From Bacillota bacterium (GTDB lineage Bacteria; Bacillota; Clostridia; Clostridiales; Clostridiaceae), in contig JAFADP010000005.1 of assembly GCA_023424785.1 (NCBI GenBank), forward strand, positions 19,905 through 83,904: 64,000 nt of DNA, read 5' to 3'. The notes beneath the pieces were generated by a model that was not told where the DNA came from, did no database searches, and was given only the letters and a program-made list of their open reading frames with translations. Position numbers and translations under genes: made by a program. Positions 52,260 to 62,662 of this stretch are shown piece by piece. How positions within the stretch are numbered: position 1 is the stretch's first letter; each line of letters begins with the position of its first letter.

Positions 52260-53039
52260 CTATATATCCCTTGCCAATAAACTATTACTTATATCAATCA
52301 TTCTATCTTCATTTAAAGAATTATATATTACAATTTTCCCCTTATCATTATTATCATTAATAAGGTTTTTCTCTATTAGTCTTCTCCTAAGTTCTTTTGA
52401 TGTTCCAAACCCTCCATCTATAACAGGAATATCAAATCCTACTGTTTCTTGAATAATACTTCTTACAAAAGGATAATGTGTACATCCTAATACTATAGAC
52501 CCTATCTTGTGATTCTTATATTCTTCGAACTTTTCCTTTAAATATTGCCTTAAATCATCACCATCTAAATTTCCCGATTCAATAAATTCTACAAGTCCTG
52601 CACATGGCATGGGGATTATTTCTCTCTCATTTTTATATTTATTCATTAATCTATCAAACTTTTTTTCTCTTAAAGTCATAGGGGTTGCCATTATTATAAT
52701 AGATCCTTCTCTATCTAACTCAACAGCTGGTTTTAAAGCTGGCTCAATGCCAACTATAGGTATTTCAGGATAATCTAATCTTAAAGAAGCTACTGCTGCA
52801 CTAGTGGCTGTATTACATGCTACAACAACAGCTTTTGCCCCTTTGTTTATTAAAAATTCAAAGGCATCATATGTTAACTTTCGTACTTCTTCAACTTTTT
52901 TTATACCATATGGTGCATTCTTAGAGTCTCCAAAATATATATAATTTTCATTAGGCATAAGCTTAATTGATTCCCTCAAAACACTTAATCCACCAACTCC
53001 TGAATCAAAAAAACCTATTGGCATACTTTTGCTATCCAA
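52260..53039 (-). CDS. murI: Glutamate racemase
   Basis: [25 protein letters not shown] start after GGAGTGA. Confidence 0.97.
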   Translation of the reverse strand: MDSKSMPIGFFDSGVGGLSVLRESIKLMPNENYIYFGDSKNAPYGIKKVEEVRKLTYDAFEFLINKGAKAVVVACNTATSAAVASLRLDYPEIPIVGIEPALKPAVELDREGSIIIMATPMTLREKKFDRLMNKYKNEREIIPMPCAGLVEFIESGNLDGDDLRQYLKEKFEEYKNHKIGSIVLGCTHYPFVRSIIQETVGFDIPVIDGGFGTSKELRRRLIEKNLINDNNDKGKIVIYNSLNEDRMIDISNSLLARDI

Positions 53040-53213
53040 TATATATCACTCCATTTTTTCCTTTCTTTAATATATATTTTATTACTTTAATAAAAATAAA
53101 TCTATACTAAGTATTGCATATAATAATTTAATTTTAATATGTTAACACAAATAAAATTATTATAATAGAGCTTTATAATTTGATTACATATATTTTAAAG
53201 TTACTAATATTAT

Positions 53214-53459
53214 CTATGCTAAGACTTGTTTTCTCATTCCATAATTATATTTTAAAGGTGTATTTTCTATAATGTATTCAGCTTCTTTATAACTTTTAGC
53301 TTTAAATACTATTGTCCATCCATCTTTAGTATGTTTTCCTGCACACATTATATATCTATCATCATAAGAATCTTTTAAACCATCTTTATCTATTATTAAA
53401 CTTCTAACTTCACCTATATTTTTAACATTTAATTTAACAAAAACATCACTTGTATTCAT
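53214..53459 (-). CDS. 81-aa hypothetical protein with a YciI-like C-terminal half; predicted SOS-regulated
   Basis: GGAGGGG RBS; GWTIVFKAKSYKEAEYIIENTPL resembles YciI-type dimeric alpha/beta barrels. Confidence 0.75.
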   Translation of the reverse strand: MNTSDVFVKLNVKNIGEVRSLIIDKDGLKDSYDDRYIMCAGKHTKDGWTIVFKAKSYKEAEYIIENTPLKYNYGMRKQVLA

Positions 53460-53478
53460 ATTATTACCCCTCCAATGC

Positions 53479-53527
53479 GAACATATGTTTATGTTCTTAT
53501 TTTACAGAACTTTTGTTCGTGTGTCAA
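53479..53527 (-). promoter_or_regulatory. sigmaA promoter with two LexA (SOS) boxes
   Basis: Minus strand TTGACA(53522-27)-N17-TAAAAT(53499-504); GAAC-TTTT-GTTC (53507-18) in the spacer; GAAC-ATAT-GTTT (53479-90) downstream of the -10. Confidence 0.85.
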
Positions 53528-53641
53528 TAGAATTCTGTATTTAATAATATTATTATTATTGAACTTTTATTCATTAAGTAAAATAACTTAACAATAAAAA
53601 GTTAAGGCTTTATATACCTTAACTCTTTATTTTATTTAATA

Positions 53642-56600
53642 TTATTTAATTTTATATATCATTTCTTCTCTAACTACATTACCATTTGAATCTTTTACAT
53701 CTACATATAACTTATTTGTACCTACTATTGAAGGCACCCATACTGCCATATTAGATGTTGAATAATCTTGAATCTTTGTCCAATTTCCCTTTGAATCTTG
53801 TACTATAAACTTATATTTTAGAGTTCCTGTCCCTGTTGCGTTAGCTAATAATACTATTGGTGTTCCAGTTGTTTGTGGTGATGCTTTATCTGTTATAAAT
53901 CCAGTTATTACTGGCACACTTACTTTTTCTTTTACATTGCATACTAATTCTTTTCTTGTTACATTTCCACTTGAATCTCTTACATCTACATATAATTTAT
54001 TTGTTCCTGCTACCGAAGGTATCCATACTGCCATATTAGATGTTGAATAATCTTGAATCTTTGTCCAATTTCCCTTTGAGTCTTGTACTATAAATTTGTA
54101 TTGTAACGCTCCACTTCCTGTTGCATTAGCTAATAATACTACTGGTGTTCCAATTGTTTGTGATTCATTATCTACTTTGAAACTATTAACTACTGGTGCA
54201 CTTACTTTTTCTGAAACTTTATATGACATTTCTTTTCTTACTACATTTCCATTTGAATCTTTTACATCTACATATAATGTTTTTTCTCCAGTTGCTCCTG
54301 TTTTCCATACTGCTGTATTAGATGTTGAGTAATCCTTAATGATATACCAATTTCCTTTTGAATCCTTAATTAAGAATTTATATTGTAATGTTCCACTTCC
54401 TGTTGCTTTTGCTGTTAATGTAACATTTGTTCCTGTTACTTGTGGTGATACCTTATCAGCAGTAAAGCTACTTATTGTTGGCGGATTAACCTTATCTAAA
54501 ACCTCATATGATATTGACTCTCTAGTTACAAGACCATTTGAATCTTTTACATCTACATATAATGTTTTTGTTCCTGTTGCTCCTGTTTTCCATGAATAAG
54601 TATTTATTGAGGAATAATCTTTTAATACATACCAATTTCCTTTTGAATCCTTAACTAAGAATTTATATTGTAATGTTCCTTCACCTGTTGCATTAACAGT
54701 AAGCTTAACTGTTGTTCCACTTACTTGTGGTGATGCTTTATCTGTTGTAAAGCTATTAACTACTGGCGGATTTTTTTCATCTTCTTCATAAATATAAGTT
54801 ACAGTAATATCTGAACGTATATAAGTTCCACGTGCATTTGATGGTGTTGTTTTTAAAGTATAACCTGATATTGTCTTTGGTGTTGTTGAATATGAACTTC
54901 CAACCTTTCCACTTAATGTTGAAGATGTTGCTATTGTATTACCTTTTGTATCAACATAATTTACTATTACTTTTCCTGTTATATTATCTGGATCTGAACC
55001 TAATACAGTACCATTTTTAACCCAAACTTCACCTTCTGCAATATATCCACCACTACCAACTCCTGATGGTTCTTGAGAACCTGCATTATTTGTAAATATT
55101 ATTTGTGCAGCTTCGGTTTCTGGAACTTCTAAACTCCACCAACCATTTCCATCATTATTCATTGCTTTTCCTGGCCATGCCCCAGTAAATAGTTTTGCTG
55201 TACCTGATGATTCATCATATGCATATAAGTATACATTTGACCAGTTATTTGCGTTGTAGTAGTTAACTGTTAAACATTTAACTTCTTTTTCTACATAGTA
55301 GTAAACTACTTCTATGTTTCCACTTGTATAAGTTCCATTTGCATTTGATGGTGTTTCTAATAAATCATATCCTTTTATAGTTTTAGCTGTTGTACTATAA
55401 CTTGTACCTTGTTTTCCACTCTTTGTTTCTGATGTTGCAATTTCTGTATTTGTTGCTTTATCAATATACTTAATTGTTACTGTTCCTCTTGGAGTAGTAT
55501 CTTTTTTATAAGTATAAGTTACTGTTATTGTTCCATCTATAAACCTTCCTGAAGCATTTGATGGAGTTGAAACTAAGTTATATTCATCGCTACTCATTGC
55601 AGATGTAGTATAACTTGTACCTTCTTTTCCTGTCTTAGTTTCAGTTTTTATTAAATTTCCACTTTCATCAACGTGATTAATAACAACTGTTCCTGTTTTA
55701 CCTATTACAGTATTATCAAAACTATTCTTTTCTACTAAAATCATAGAAGAACGACCTGATACTTGAACTGAGCCACTTGCAGTTCCAAGAGATTGAACTC
55801 CTGCTTTATCATCTTTAGCTACAATTACCCAGTTTCCAGAAGGTAAATTTATAGTTGAAGAATTTGGAGATACATTAAATAAACAAACTACCTTACTCCA
55901 TTCTCCAGATACATTGTTAGTTAAACTATATGCAATTTGTTGAGACCCTGGAGTAGTTAACCATTGAATTCTGTTTCCAGCAGATGTAGTTGGATCTCTA
56001 AATGCCGAAAAGTTCTTTCTTATTTCTATTAATCCCTTATAATAACTAACTAAATCACTATAGTTTTTTGCTCTTGACCAATCAAGCTTATTTATTGAAG
56101 CACTTGATTGATAACTATTATGATCTCCATACTTAGTTCTTGCAAATTCTTCTCCAGCTTGGAAGAATGAAGCTCCTTGTGATGTTAAAACTAATGATGC
56201 AGCTACTCTATTCATTGCTACAACATCATCATATCTTTGTCCATTTTGACTTTTACTAGTAGACATACATAAAATATCATATAATGCATGATTATCATGA
56301 CAAGATGTATATGTTATAACTTGAGATGGTTGCTTAGACCAAATATTATTATTAATATTGCCGTAATCTCCACACTGAGCTTTTATACCTGCTATTACTT
56401 CTGTCTGTCTTGCTCCATTACCAGTAACCCAACCTGCGTTACTTAATTTTCCGTCCCATGTATTACCCTTTATAGCATCCCTAGCATTGTCACTAAATAC
56501 AGCTATATTATTATCTAATGATTTAACATTACTCTTGTTTGCATATCCTGGTATATTATTTTTTGATCCATCACCACACCAAGGTTCTCCCCAAATTTTT

Positions 56601-57772
56601 ATACTTGGGTCTATCTTATTTAATGCTGCTCTTATTTCATTCATTGTTTGAATATCATGTATTCCCATAAGGTCAAATCTAAATCCATCTAAGTGATATT
56701 CAGTTGCCCAATAAACAATAGAATCAATCATATACTTTCTATACATTGGCTTAGTACTATCTGTTGAATTACCACAACCAGACCAATCTGTAGATGTATA
56801 GTAATATCCTGGTACTGTTCTTTCTAATGGTGAATATTGTTGTTTTTGAAATTCATTTTGACTTCCACCTTGTCCAAATGGAGCATAAGTATGGTTATAA
56901 ACAACATCCATTACAACTCCAATTCCTGCATCATGAAGTGCTTTTACCATTTCTTTTAATTCTTTAACTCTTGAATTACCGTCATAAGGATTAGTTGAAT
57001 ATGAACCTTCTGGTACGTTATAGTTTTTAGGATCATATCCCCAATTAAATGTTTCACCACCTGAATTTCTTTCATCTACTGATGCATAATCATACATTGG
57101 TAGTATTTGAACATGAGTTACTCCTAATTCCTTTAGGTAATCTATACCAGTCTTTGTAACTCCATCTCCCATATAAGTTGTACCTTCTTCTGTAAATGCA
57201 AGAAACTTACCTCTATTTGCTTCGCTTATTCCAGAGTTTGAATCATAAGAGAAATCTTTAACATGTACCTCCCAAACTATTGCATCAGTTTGATTTGGAG
57301 AGTCAACTCTTTTATCATTTTCCCATCCTTCTGGGTCAGTACTATCTAAATCAATAACCATTGATCTATCTCCATTTATACCAGTAGTTCTACCATATAC
57401 ATCTGGAGTTTCTCTTCCATCTACTAAATAAGTATAATACGTATTCTTTAAATCCCCACTTATTGTTATAGACCAAACACCACTTCCTGAATAAGTCATA
57501 TCTTTAGTTTCTATTACTGATGCTCCAGCTTCAGCATCACTACCTGTTGTGTAACGCTTTATTTGTACTTTATTTGCTGTTGGTGCCCATACCTTAAATG
57601 TAGATTTTGTTGGAGTATAAGTACATCCTAAATCATTTCCATTATAAGTATCTGATGTTGAAGAAACTGCTGCTTTAGCATCAATACTACTTTGCTCTTG
57701 AATAGGCATATAAATCATAGTCGATGTTAAAGCAACTGTTAAAATAGTAGATAATATCTTTTTTAATCTCAA
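53642..57772 (-). CDS. pulA: Secreted modular type I pullulanase (CBM48-GH13, 3 MucBP-like, 1 CBM26-like, 4 C-terminal ~95-aa repeats)
   Basis: Signal peptide, FKVWAPTA, NWGYDP, MDVVYNH, GFRFDLMG, WGEPW, SCHDN, HNSY; TTG start after AGGGGGAGAGG. Confidence 0.92.
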   Translation of the reverse strand: MRLKKILSTILTVALTSTMIYMPIQEQSSIDAKAAVSSTSDTYNGNDLGCTYTPTKSTFKVWAPTANKVQIKRYTTGSDAEAGASVIETKDMTYSGSGVWSITISGDLKNTYYTYLVDGRETPDVYGRTTGINGDRSMVIDLDSTDPEGWENDKRVDSPNQTDAIVWEVHVKDFSYDSNSGISEANRGKFLAFTEEGTTYMGDGVTKTGIDYLKELGVTHVQILPMYDYASVDERNSGGETFNWGYDPKNYNVPEGSYSTNPYDGNSRVKELKEMVKALHDAGIGVVMDVVYNHTYAPFGQGGSQNEFQKQQYSPLERTVPGYYYTSTDWSGCGNSTDSTKPMYRKYMIDSIVYWATEYHLDGFRFDLMGIHDIQTMNEIRAALNKIDPSIKIWGEPWCGDGSKNNIPGYANKSNVKSLDNNIAVFSDNARDAIKGNTWDGKLSNAGWVTGNGARQTEVIAGIKAQCGDYGNINNNIWSKQPSQVITYTSCHDNHALYDILCMSTSKSQNGQRYDDVVAMNRVAASLVLTSQGASFFQAGEEFARTKYGDHNSYQSSASINKLDWSRAKNYSDLVSYYKGLIEIRKNFSAFRDPTTSAGNRIQWLTTPGSQQIAYSLTNNVSGEWSKVVCLFNVSPNSSTINLPSGNWVIVAKDDKAGVQSLGTASGSVQVSGRSSMILVEKNSFDNTVIGKTGTVVINHVDESGNLIKTETKTGKEGTSYTTSAMSSDEYNLVSTPSNASGRFIDGTITVTYTYKKDTTPRGTVTIKYIDKATNTEIATSETKSGKQGTSYSTTAKTIKGYDLLETPSNANGTYTSGNIEVVYYYVEKEVKCLTVNYYNANNWSNVYLYAYDESSGTAKLFTGAWPGKAMNNDGNGWWSLEVPETEAAQIIFTNNAGSQEPSGVGSGGYIAEGEVWVKNGTVLGSDPDNITGKVIVNYVDTKGNTIATSSTLSGKVGSSYSTTPKTISGYTLKTTPSNARGTYIRSDITVTYIYEEDEKNPPVVNSFTTDKASPQVSGTTVKLTVNATGEGTLQYKFLVKDSKGNWYVLKDYSSINTYSWKTGATGTKTLYVDVKDSNGLVTRESISYEVLDKVNPPTISSFTADKVSPQVTGTNVTLTAKATGSGTLQYKFLIKDSKGNWYIIKDYSTSNTAVWKTGATGEKTLYVDVKDSNGNVVRKEMSYKVSEKVSAPVVNSFKVDNESQTIGTPVVLLANATGSGALQYKFIVQDSKGNWTKIQDYSTSNMAVWIPSVAGTNKLYVDVRDSSGNVTRKELVCNVKEKVSVPVITGFITDKASPQTTGTPIVLLANATGTGTLKYKFIVQDSKGNWTKIQDYSTSNMAVWVPSIVGTNKLYVDVKDSNGNVVREEMIYKIK
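53645..54772 (-). repeat. Four tandem 282-288-bp coding repeats (Y_Y_Y/triple-tyrosine-like beta-sandwich modules)
   Basis: Units start at 54772, 54487, 54199 and 53917; shared DKxSPQ..YKF..xDSKGNW...DYS...W...LYVDVxDSxG; units 3 and 4 share a >50-bp identical DNA stretch. Confidence 0.9.
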
Positions 57773-57791
57773 ATTCCTCTCCCCCTTAACA

Positions 57792-57818
57792 ATATATATG
57801 TAATCGTTACATATATAT
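57792..57818. promoter_or_regulatory. Palindromic operator (LacI/cre-like) at the pullulanase promoter
   Basis: ATATATATGTAA-TCG-TTACATATATAT, just downstream of minus-strand TTGAAA-N16-TATAAT (57820-57847). Confidence 0.6.
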
Positions 57819-57982
57819 AATTATATATGTTATTACATATTTTTCAATAATATTCAATAAAAATATTAAAACTTTACATTTATATGGGATATAAGGATAT
57901 ATTTAAAATTAGTTTTTTATTAAAATAAAAAGAAGACTTTAAAAGACTACTAATCTTTTAAAATCTTCTTACTAAAAGTTTA

Positions 57983-60900
57983 TTAAATTTCTGATATATT
58001 ATATACTTCTAATTCTTTATTATCTTCTAATCCATCACACTTTACATCTACTATTGCTCTAAATGTATCTAGTGCTGTTATAACTCCTATATTTCTTTCT
58101 ACAGCAGCTCTTCTCATTAAGAATCCATCTGTAGTTGAATCATTTGCTTTTGTTGGAGTATTTACAATTAAATCTACTTCTTTATTCTTTATAACATCTA
58201 TTATATTAGGATGATCTTCTTTTAGTCTTCTAACTACTTTAGCATCTACTCCACCATCTCTTAGAAGTTCACATGTACCTTCTGTTGCAATAAACTTATA
58301 TCCCATATTAGCAAGTCTTTTAGCCATTGGAAGGAATTCAGCTTTATCATGTTTATTGATTGTTGCTAATATTTTACCCTTTCCTGGGAACATTCCAGCT
58401 GCTACAAATCCTTTGTATAGAGCTTCATTAATAGTTTTTCCTACACCAAGAACTTCTCCTGTTGATCTCATTTCTGGTCCTAGACAAACTTCAACGTTTG
58501 GTAACTTTTGAGTTGAGAATACTGGAACTTTTACTGCTACTAACTCAGGTTCTTTGTATATATCAACACCATATCCTAAATCCTTAAGCTTGCTTCCAAG
58601 CATTACTTTAGTAGCTAAATCTACTATTGGTACTCCACTTACCTTACTTATATAAGGAACTGTTCTTGAAGCTCTTGGATTAACTTCTATTACATAAAGT
58701 CTTCCTTCATATTCAATAAACTGAATATTTATCATTCCCTTTATACCAATTTCAAGGGCAAGTTTCTTAGTATATTCTAATACATCAGCTTTTATCTTAT
58801 CTGATATATTTTGACTTGGATACATAGTAACACTATCTCCAGAGTGAACTCCTGCTCTTTCTAAGTGTTCCATTATTCCTGGAATTAAAACATCTTCTCC
58901 ATCTGAAATAGCATCTACTTCTATTTCTCTACCCATTAAATACTTATCTATTAGTATAGGATTTTTCTTATCCTTTGCAAATGCGTTTTCTAAGTAGTAA
59001 ATTAACTCTTCTTCATCATGAGTTATTTCCATACCTTGACCACCAATTACATATGAAGGTCTAACAAGTACAGGGAATCCTAAAGCTCTTGCTTCTGCTA
59101 ATCCTTCTTCTACAGACCAGATACCTTTACCCTTAGGTCTAGATATTCCTAACTTTTCTAATAATTCATCAAACTTTTCTCTATCTTCAGCCATATCAAT
59201 TTGATCTGCTGTTGTTCCTAAAGTTGGTATATTCTTTTCTTTTAAGAAGTTTGCAAGTTTAATAGCTGTTTGACCACCAAATTGAAGTATTACTCCATCT
59301 GGATTTTCTTTTTCTATTATGCTTAATACATCTTCTTCAGTAAGTGGTTCAAAGTATAACTTATCTGAAATATTAAAGTCTGTACTTACTGTTTCTGGAT
59401 TATTATTTATAATTATAGTTTCTATTCCTAATCTCTTTAATGCTAATACACAGTGTACTGAAGCATAGTCAAACTCTATACCTTGACCTATTCTTATAGG
59501 ACCTGATCCTAAAACTACAACCTTCTTCTTATCAGTAGTAACTTTTACTTCATCATATTGTTCATATGTTGAATAATAGTATGGTGATAATGCTTCAAAT
59601 TCTCCACCACAAGTATCAACCATCTTATATGAAGGTTTTATATTCCATATGTCTCTTAATCTATTTATATCTTCTGGAGAAACCTTTAACATATCTGCTA
59701 TAGCCTTATCAGAGAATCCCTTTCTCTTTAAGTTATATAGCCACTCTTTATCTAAATCTTCTATCTTACTTAATTTTAATCTTTGTTCTTCTTCAACTAT
59801 CCATTTGAACTTTTCTATGAAGAAAGTATCTATACCAGTAATCTTAGCTACCTTATCTACTCTATAGTCTCTTCTTAACATTTCTGCAAGAGCAAATAAT
59901 CTTTCATCATCTGGTCTCATAACTCTTTCTTTTAATTCTTGCATGCTTAATTCTTTAAATTTCTTATGATCTAAAGAATACTTACCTATTTCTAAGCTTC
60001 TTATACCTTTAAGTAAAGCTGCTTCTAAGTTAGCTCCTATAGCCATTACTTCTCCAGTAGCCATCATCTTAGTTCCAAGTTCTCTATCTGCTCCAAAGAA
60101 CTTGTCAAATGGCCACTTTGGAATTTTACAAACTACATAATCTAATGTTGGTTCGAAGCATGCATATGTTTTTTGAGTAACTGCATTCTTTATTTCATCT
60201 AATCCGTAACCTAATGCTATCTTAGCTGCAAGCTTAGCTATTGGATATCCAGTTGCCTTTGAAGCTAGTGCTGAAGATCTTGAAACTCTAGGATTTATTT
60301 CTATAACTGCATATTCAAATGAATTTGGATTTAAAGCAAATTGTACGTTACATCCACCTTCAATACCTACTGCATTTATTATGTTTATTGATGCAGTTCT
60401 AAGCATTTGATATTCTTTGTCTGATAATGTTTGAGATGGTGCTACTACTATACTATCTCCAGTATGTATTCCTACTGGGTCAATGTTTTCCATATTACAA
60501 ACTGTTATACAGTTTCCATATGAATCTCTCATTACTTCGTATTCAACTTCTTTCCATCCCTTAACAGACTTTTCAAGAAGAACTTGCCCTATAGTACTTA
60601 ATTGTAATCCTGACTCAAGAATAGTTCTTAATTCTTGTTCATCATTAGCTATACCACCACCAGTTCCTCCTAGTGTATAAGCTGGTCTTACTATAACTGG
60701 ATAGCCTATCTTATTTGCATATGCAACTCCAGCTTCTAATTCTGTTATAATTTCAGATTGTATAACAGGTTCATTTATTCTATTCATCATATCTCTGAAT
60801 AGCTCTCTATCTTCTCCTTCCTTGATAGATGCTATTGATGTACCTATAACTTTAACATTATACTTATCTAATATTCCATTATCATGTAAGTCAACTGTAA

Positions 60901-61192
60901 TGTTAAGACCTGTTTGACCACCCATTCCTGCAATTATACTATCTGGTCTTTCTTTAGCTATTACCTTTTCTACAAATTCTAAAGTTAGTGGTTCTATGTA
61001 AATTTTATCTGCTATTTCTTTATCAGTCATTATTGTAGCTGGGTTAGAGTTTACTAATACAACTTCAATTCCTTCTTCTTTAAGTGCTTGACATGCTTGA
61101 GTTCCTGAATAATCAAACTCAGCTGCTTGCCCTATTACTATTGGACCTGATCCTATAACTAAAACTTTCTTAATATCTTTTCTTAATGGCAT
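57983..61192 (-). CDS. carB: Carbamoyl-phosphate synthase large subunit
   Basis: [17 protein letters not shown], duplicated ATP-grasp domains, [11 protein letters not shown]-terminal MGS domain. Confidence 0.99.
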   Translation of the reverse strand: MPLRKDIKKVLVIGSGPIVIGQAAEFDYSGTQACQALKEEGIEVVLVNSNPATIMTDKEIADKIYIEPLTLEFVEKVIAKERPDSIIAGMGGQTGLNITVDLHDNGILDKYNVKVIGTSIASIKEGEDRELFRDMMNRINEPVIQSEIITELEAGVAYANKIGYPVIVRPAYTLGGTGGGIANDEQELRTILESGLQLSTIGQVLLEKSVKGWKEVEYEVMRDSYGNCITVCNMENIDPVGIHTGDSIVVAPSQTLSDKEYQMLRTASINIINAVGIEGGCNVQFALNPNSFEYAVIEINPRVSRSSALASKATGYPIAKLAAKIALGYGLDEIKNAVTQKTYACFEPTLDYVVCKIPKWPFDKFFGADRELGTKMMATGEVMAIGANLEAALLKGIRSLEIGKYSLDHKKFKELSMQELKERVMRPDDERLFALAEMLRRDYRVDKVAKITGIDTFFIEKFKWIVEEEQRLKLSKIEDLDKEWLYNLKRKGFSDKAIADMLKVSPEDINRLRDIWNIKPSYKMVDTCGGEFEALSPYYYSTYEQYDEVKVTTDKKKVVVLGSGPIRIGQGIEFDYASVHCVLALKRLGIETIIINNNPETVSTDFNISDKLYFEPLTEEDVLSIIEKENPDGVILQFGGQTAIKLANFLKEKNIPTLGTTADQIDMAEDREKFDELLEKLGISRPKGKGIWSVEEGLAEARALGFPVLVRPSYVIGGQGMEITHDEEELIYYLENAFAKDKKNPILIDKYLMGREIEVDAISDGEDVLIPGIMEHLERAGVHSGDSVTMYPSQNISDKIKADVLEYTKKLALEIGIKGMINIQFIEYEGRLYVIEVNPRASRTVPYISKVSGVPIVDLATKVMLGSKLKDLGYGVDIYKEPELVAVKVPVFSTQKLPNVEVCLGPEMRSTGEVLGVGKTINEALYKGFVAAGMFPGKGKILATINKHDKAEFLPMAKRLANMGYKFIATEGTCELLRDGGVDAKVVRRLKEDHPNIIDVIKNKEVDLIVNTPTKANDSTTDGFLMRRAAVERNIGVITALDTFRAIVDVKCDGLEDNKELEVYNISEI

Positions 61193-61204
61193 ATTTCTTA
61201 CCTC

Positions 61205-62254
61205 CTATAGTGCATATTCCATAAATTTGTCAAATATATATTCGCTATCCTTTGGTCCAGCTGAAGCTTCTGGATGGAATTGAACTGAGAATATTGGTAA
61301 TGTCTTATGCTTCATTCCTTCTATAGTTCCGTCATTTATATTTATGTGTGTTGCTACAACATCTTCAGGTAATGTTTCTGTAACATATCCGTGATTTTGA
61401 GAAGTTATTGTAACTTTATTTGTTTCTAAATCCTTAACTGGGTGGTTACATCCTCTATGTCCGAACTTTAATTTTGTTGTAGTTCCACCTAATGCTAATG
61501 TTAATAATTGATGTCCTAAACATATTCCTGTTATTGGCTTAACACCTATTAACTTTTTAATATTTTCTATTGCTTCTGGAACATCTTCTGGATCTCCAGG
61601 ACCATTTGATAAGAAAATTAAGTCTGGATTTATTGCTAATATATCTTCTGCCTTTGCATCAGCTGGGAAAACTGTTAGCTTACATCCTCTCTTTTGGAAA
61701 CATCTTAGAATGTTAGTTTTTATACCAAAATCCATTACTGCTATATTTTTTCCCTCACCATCTATAGTATAAACGTCTTTTGTTGTAACATTCTTTACTG
61801 CTTCTTTATTTGAATAATCAGCTATTCTTTCATTTATATCTTGTTGGTCTATTTCATCAACAACTATGATTCCTCTCATAGTTCCATTATTTCTTAATAT
61901 CTTAGTTAACGCTCTTGTGTCTATTCCTTCAAGTCCAACAATTTTATTTTGCTTTAAGTAGTCTTCTAAATCTAATTCGCATCTAAAGTTACTTGGAAGA
62001 TTACACTTTTCTCTTACTATGAATCCTTTAACCTTTGGAGAATCTGATTCTACGTCTTCTAAGTTAATCCCATAGTTCCCTATTAGGGGATATGTCATAG
62101 TTACTATTTGACCATAATAAGAAGGATCTGTTAAAACTTCTTGATAACCTGTCATTCCAGTTGTAAATACTACTTCACCAACACTATCTTTTAGGTATCC
62201 AAATGCATTTCCTTCAAATACCATTCCATTTTCTAAAATTAGCTTTGCATTCAT
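61205..62254 (-). CDS. carA: Carbamoyl-phosphate synthase small subunit
   Basis: TGYQEVLTDPSY, SNGPGDP, GICLGHQ, QFHPEA. Confidence 0.99.
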   Translation of the reverse strand: MNAKLILENGMVFEGNAFGYLKDSVGEVVFTTGMTGYQEVLTDPSYYGQIVTMTYPLIGNYGINLEDVESDSPKVKGFIVREKCNLPSNFRCELDLEDYLKQNKIVGLEGIDTRALTKILRNNGTMRGIIVVDEIDQQDINERIADYSNKEAVKNVTTKDVYTIDGEGKNIAVMDFGIKTNILRCFQKRGCKLTVFPADAKAEDILAINPDLIFLSNGPGDPEDVPEAIENIKKLIGVKPITGICLGHQLLTLALGGTTTKLKFGHRGCNHPVKDLETNKVTITSQNHGYVTETLPEDVVATHININDGTIEGMKHKTLPIFSVQFHPEASAGPKDSEYIFDKFMEYAL

Positions 62255-62321
62255 GCCTAGCCCTCCTTATTTTATGTTAAAGTAAAGTACACTTTAGAGT
62301 TCATCTTTTCTAAAAATTCCT

Positions 62322-62374
62322 ATAAAAAAAGGATAATAAAGCGACTTATATTAAAGGGTCCCTTCACTATCCTT
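62322..62374 (-). terminator. Attenuator terminator in the carAB leader
   Basis: Minus strand AAGGATAGTGAAG..GAC...GTC.CTTTATTATCCTT followed by a T-run, about 70 nt before carA. Confidence 0.75.
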
Positions 62375-62451
62375 ATGTATTCCATAATTGTTATTTCAAA
62401 CTCTATTTAATAAAGCTATGTATTTATATTCTCTTAACATAGTTACAGACT

Positions 62452-62482
62452 CCTTTTTGGCCTCACAGGACCAATTTAAAGT
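62452..62482 (-). promoter_or_regulatory. PyrR-binding RNA element
   Basis: Minus strand CTTTAAATT-GGTCCTGTGAGGCC-AAAAAGG matches CUUUAA..ARUCCNGNGAGGYU; promoter TTGACA-N17-TAAAAT at 62521-62549. Confidence 0.9.
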
Positions 62483-62662
62483 GTATCTTTTACTCTCTAT
62501 ATAATTTTATCTTATTTATTATTTTAGTTTATTGCACTTTTACTGTCAAGAAAAATAACTTGAATTTTACCAAGTTAACATTTTACATTATTGAATTAAT
62601 TAAGTACATTAGACTATACTATTGTTATATATGATTTTTATTAACAAAAAGGAGAAACTTAT

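Noticed and set aside
53645..54772. Direct repeats as a CRISPR array or mobile element
   Set aside because: Period is about 285 bp, in frame within the pullulanase CDS, with no unique spacers or cas genes.
62520..62600. ArgR (ARG) boxes at the carAB promoter
   Set aside because: Only partial TGCA/TGAAT matches in AT-rich sequence; no convincing 18-bp palindrome.
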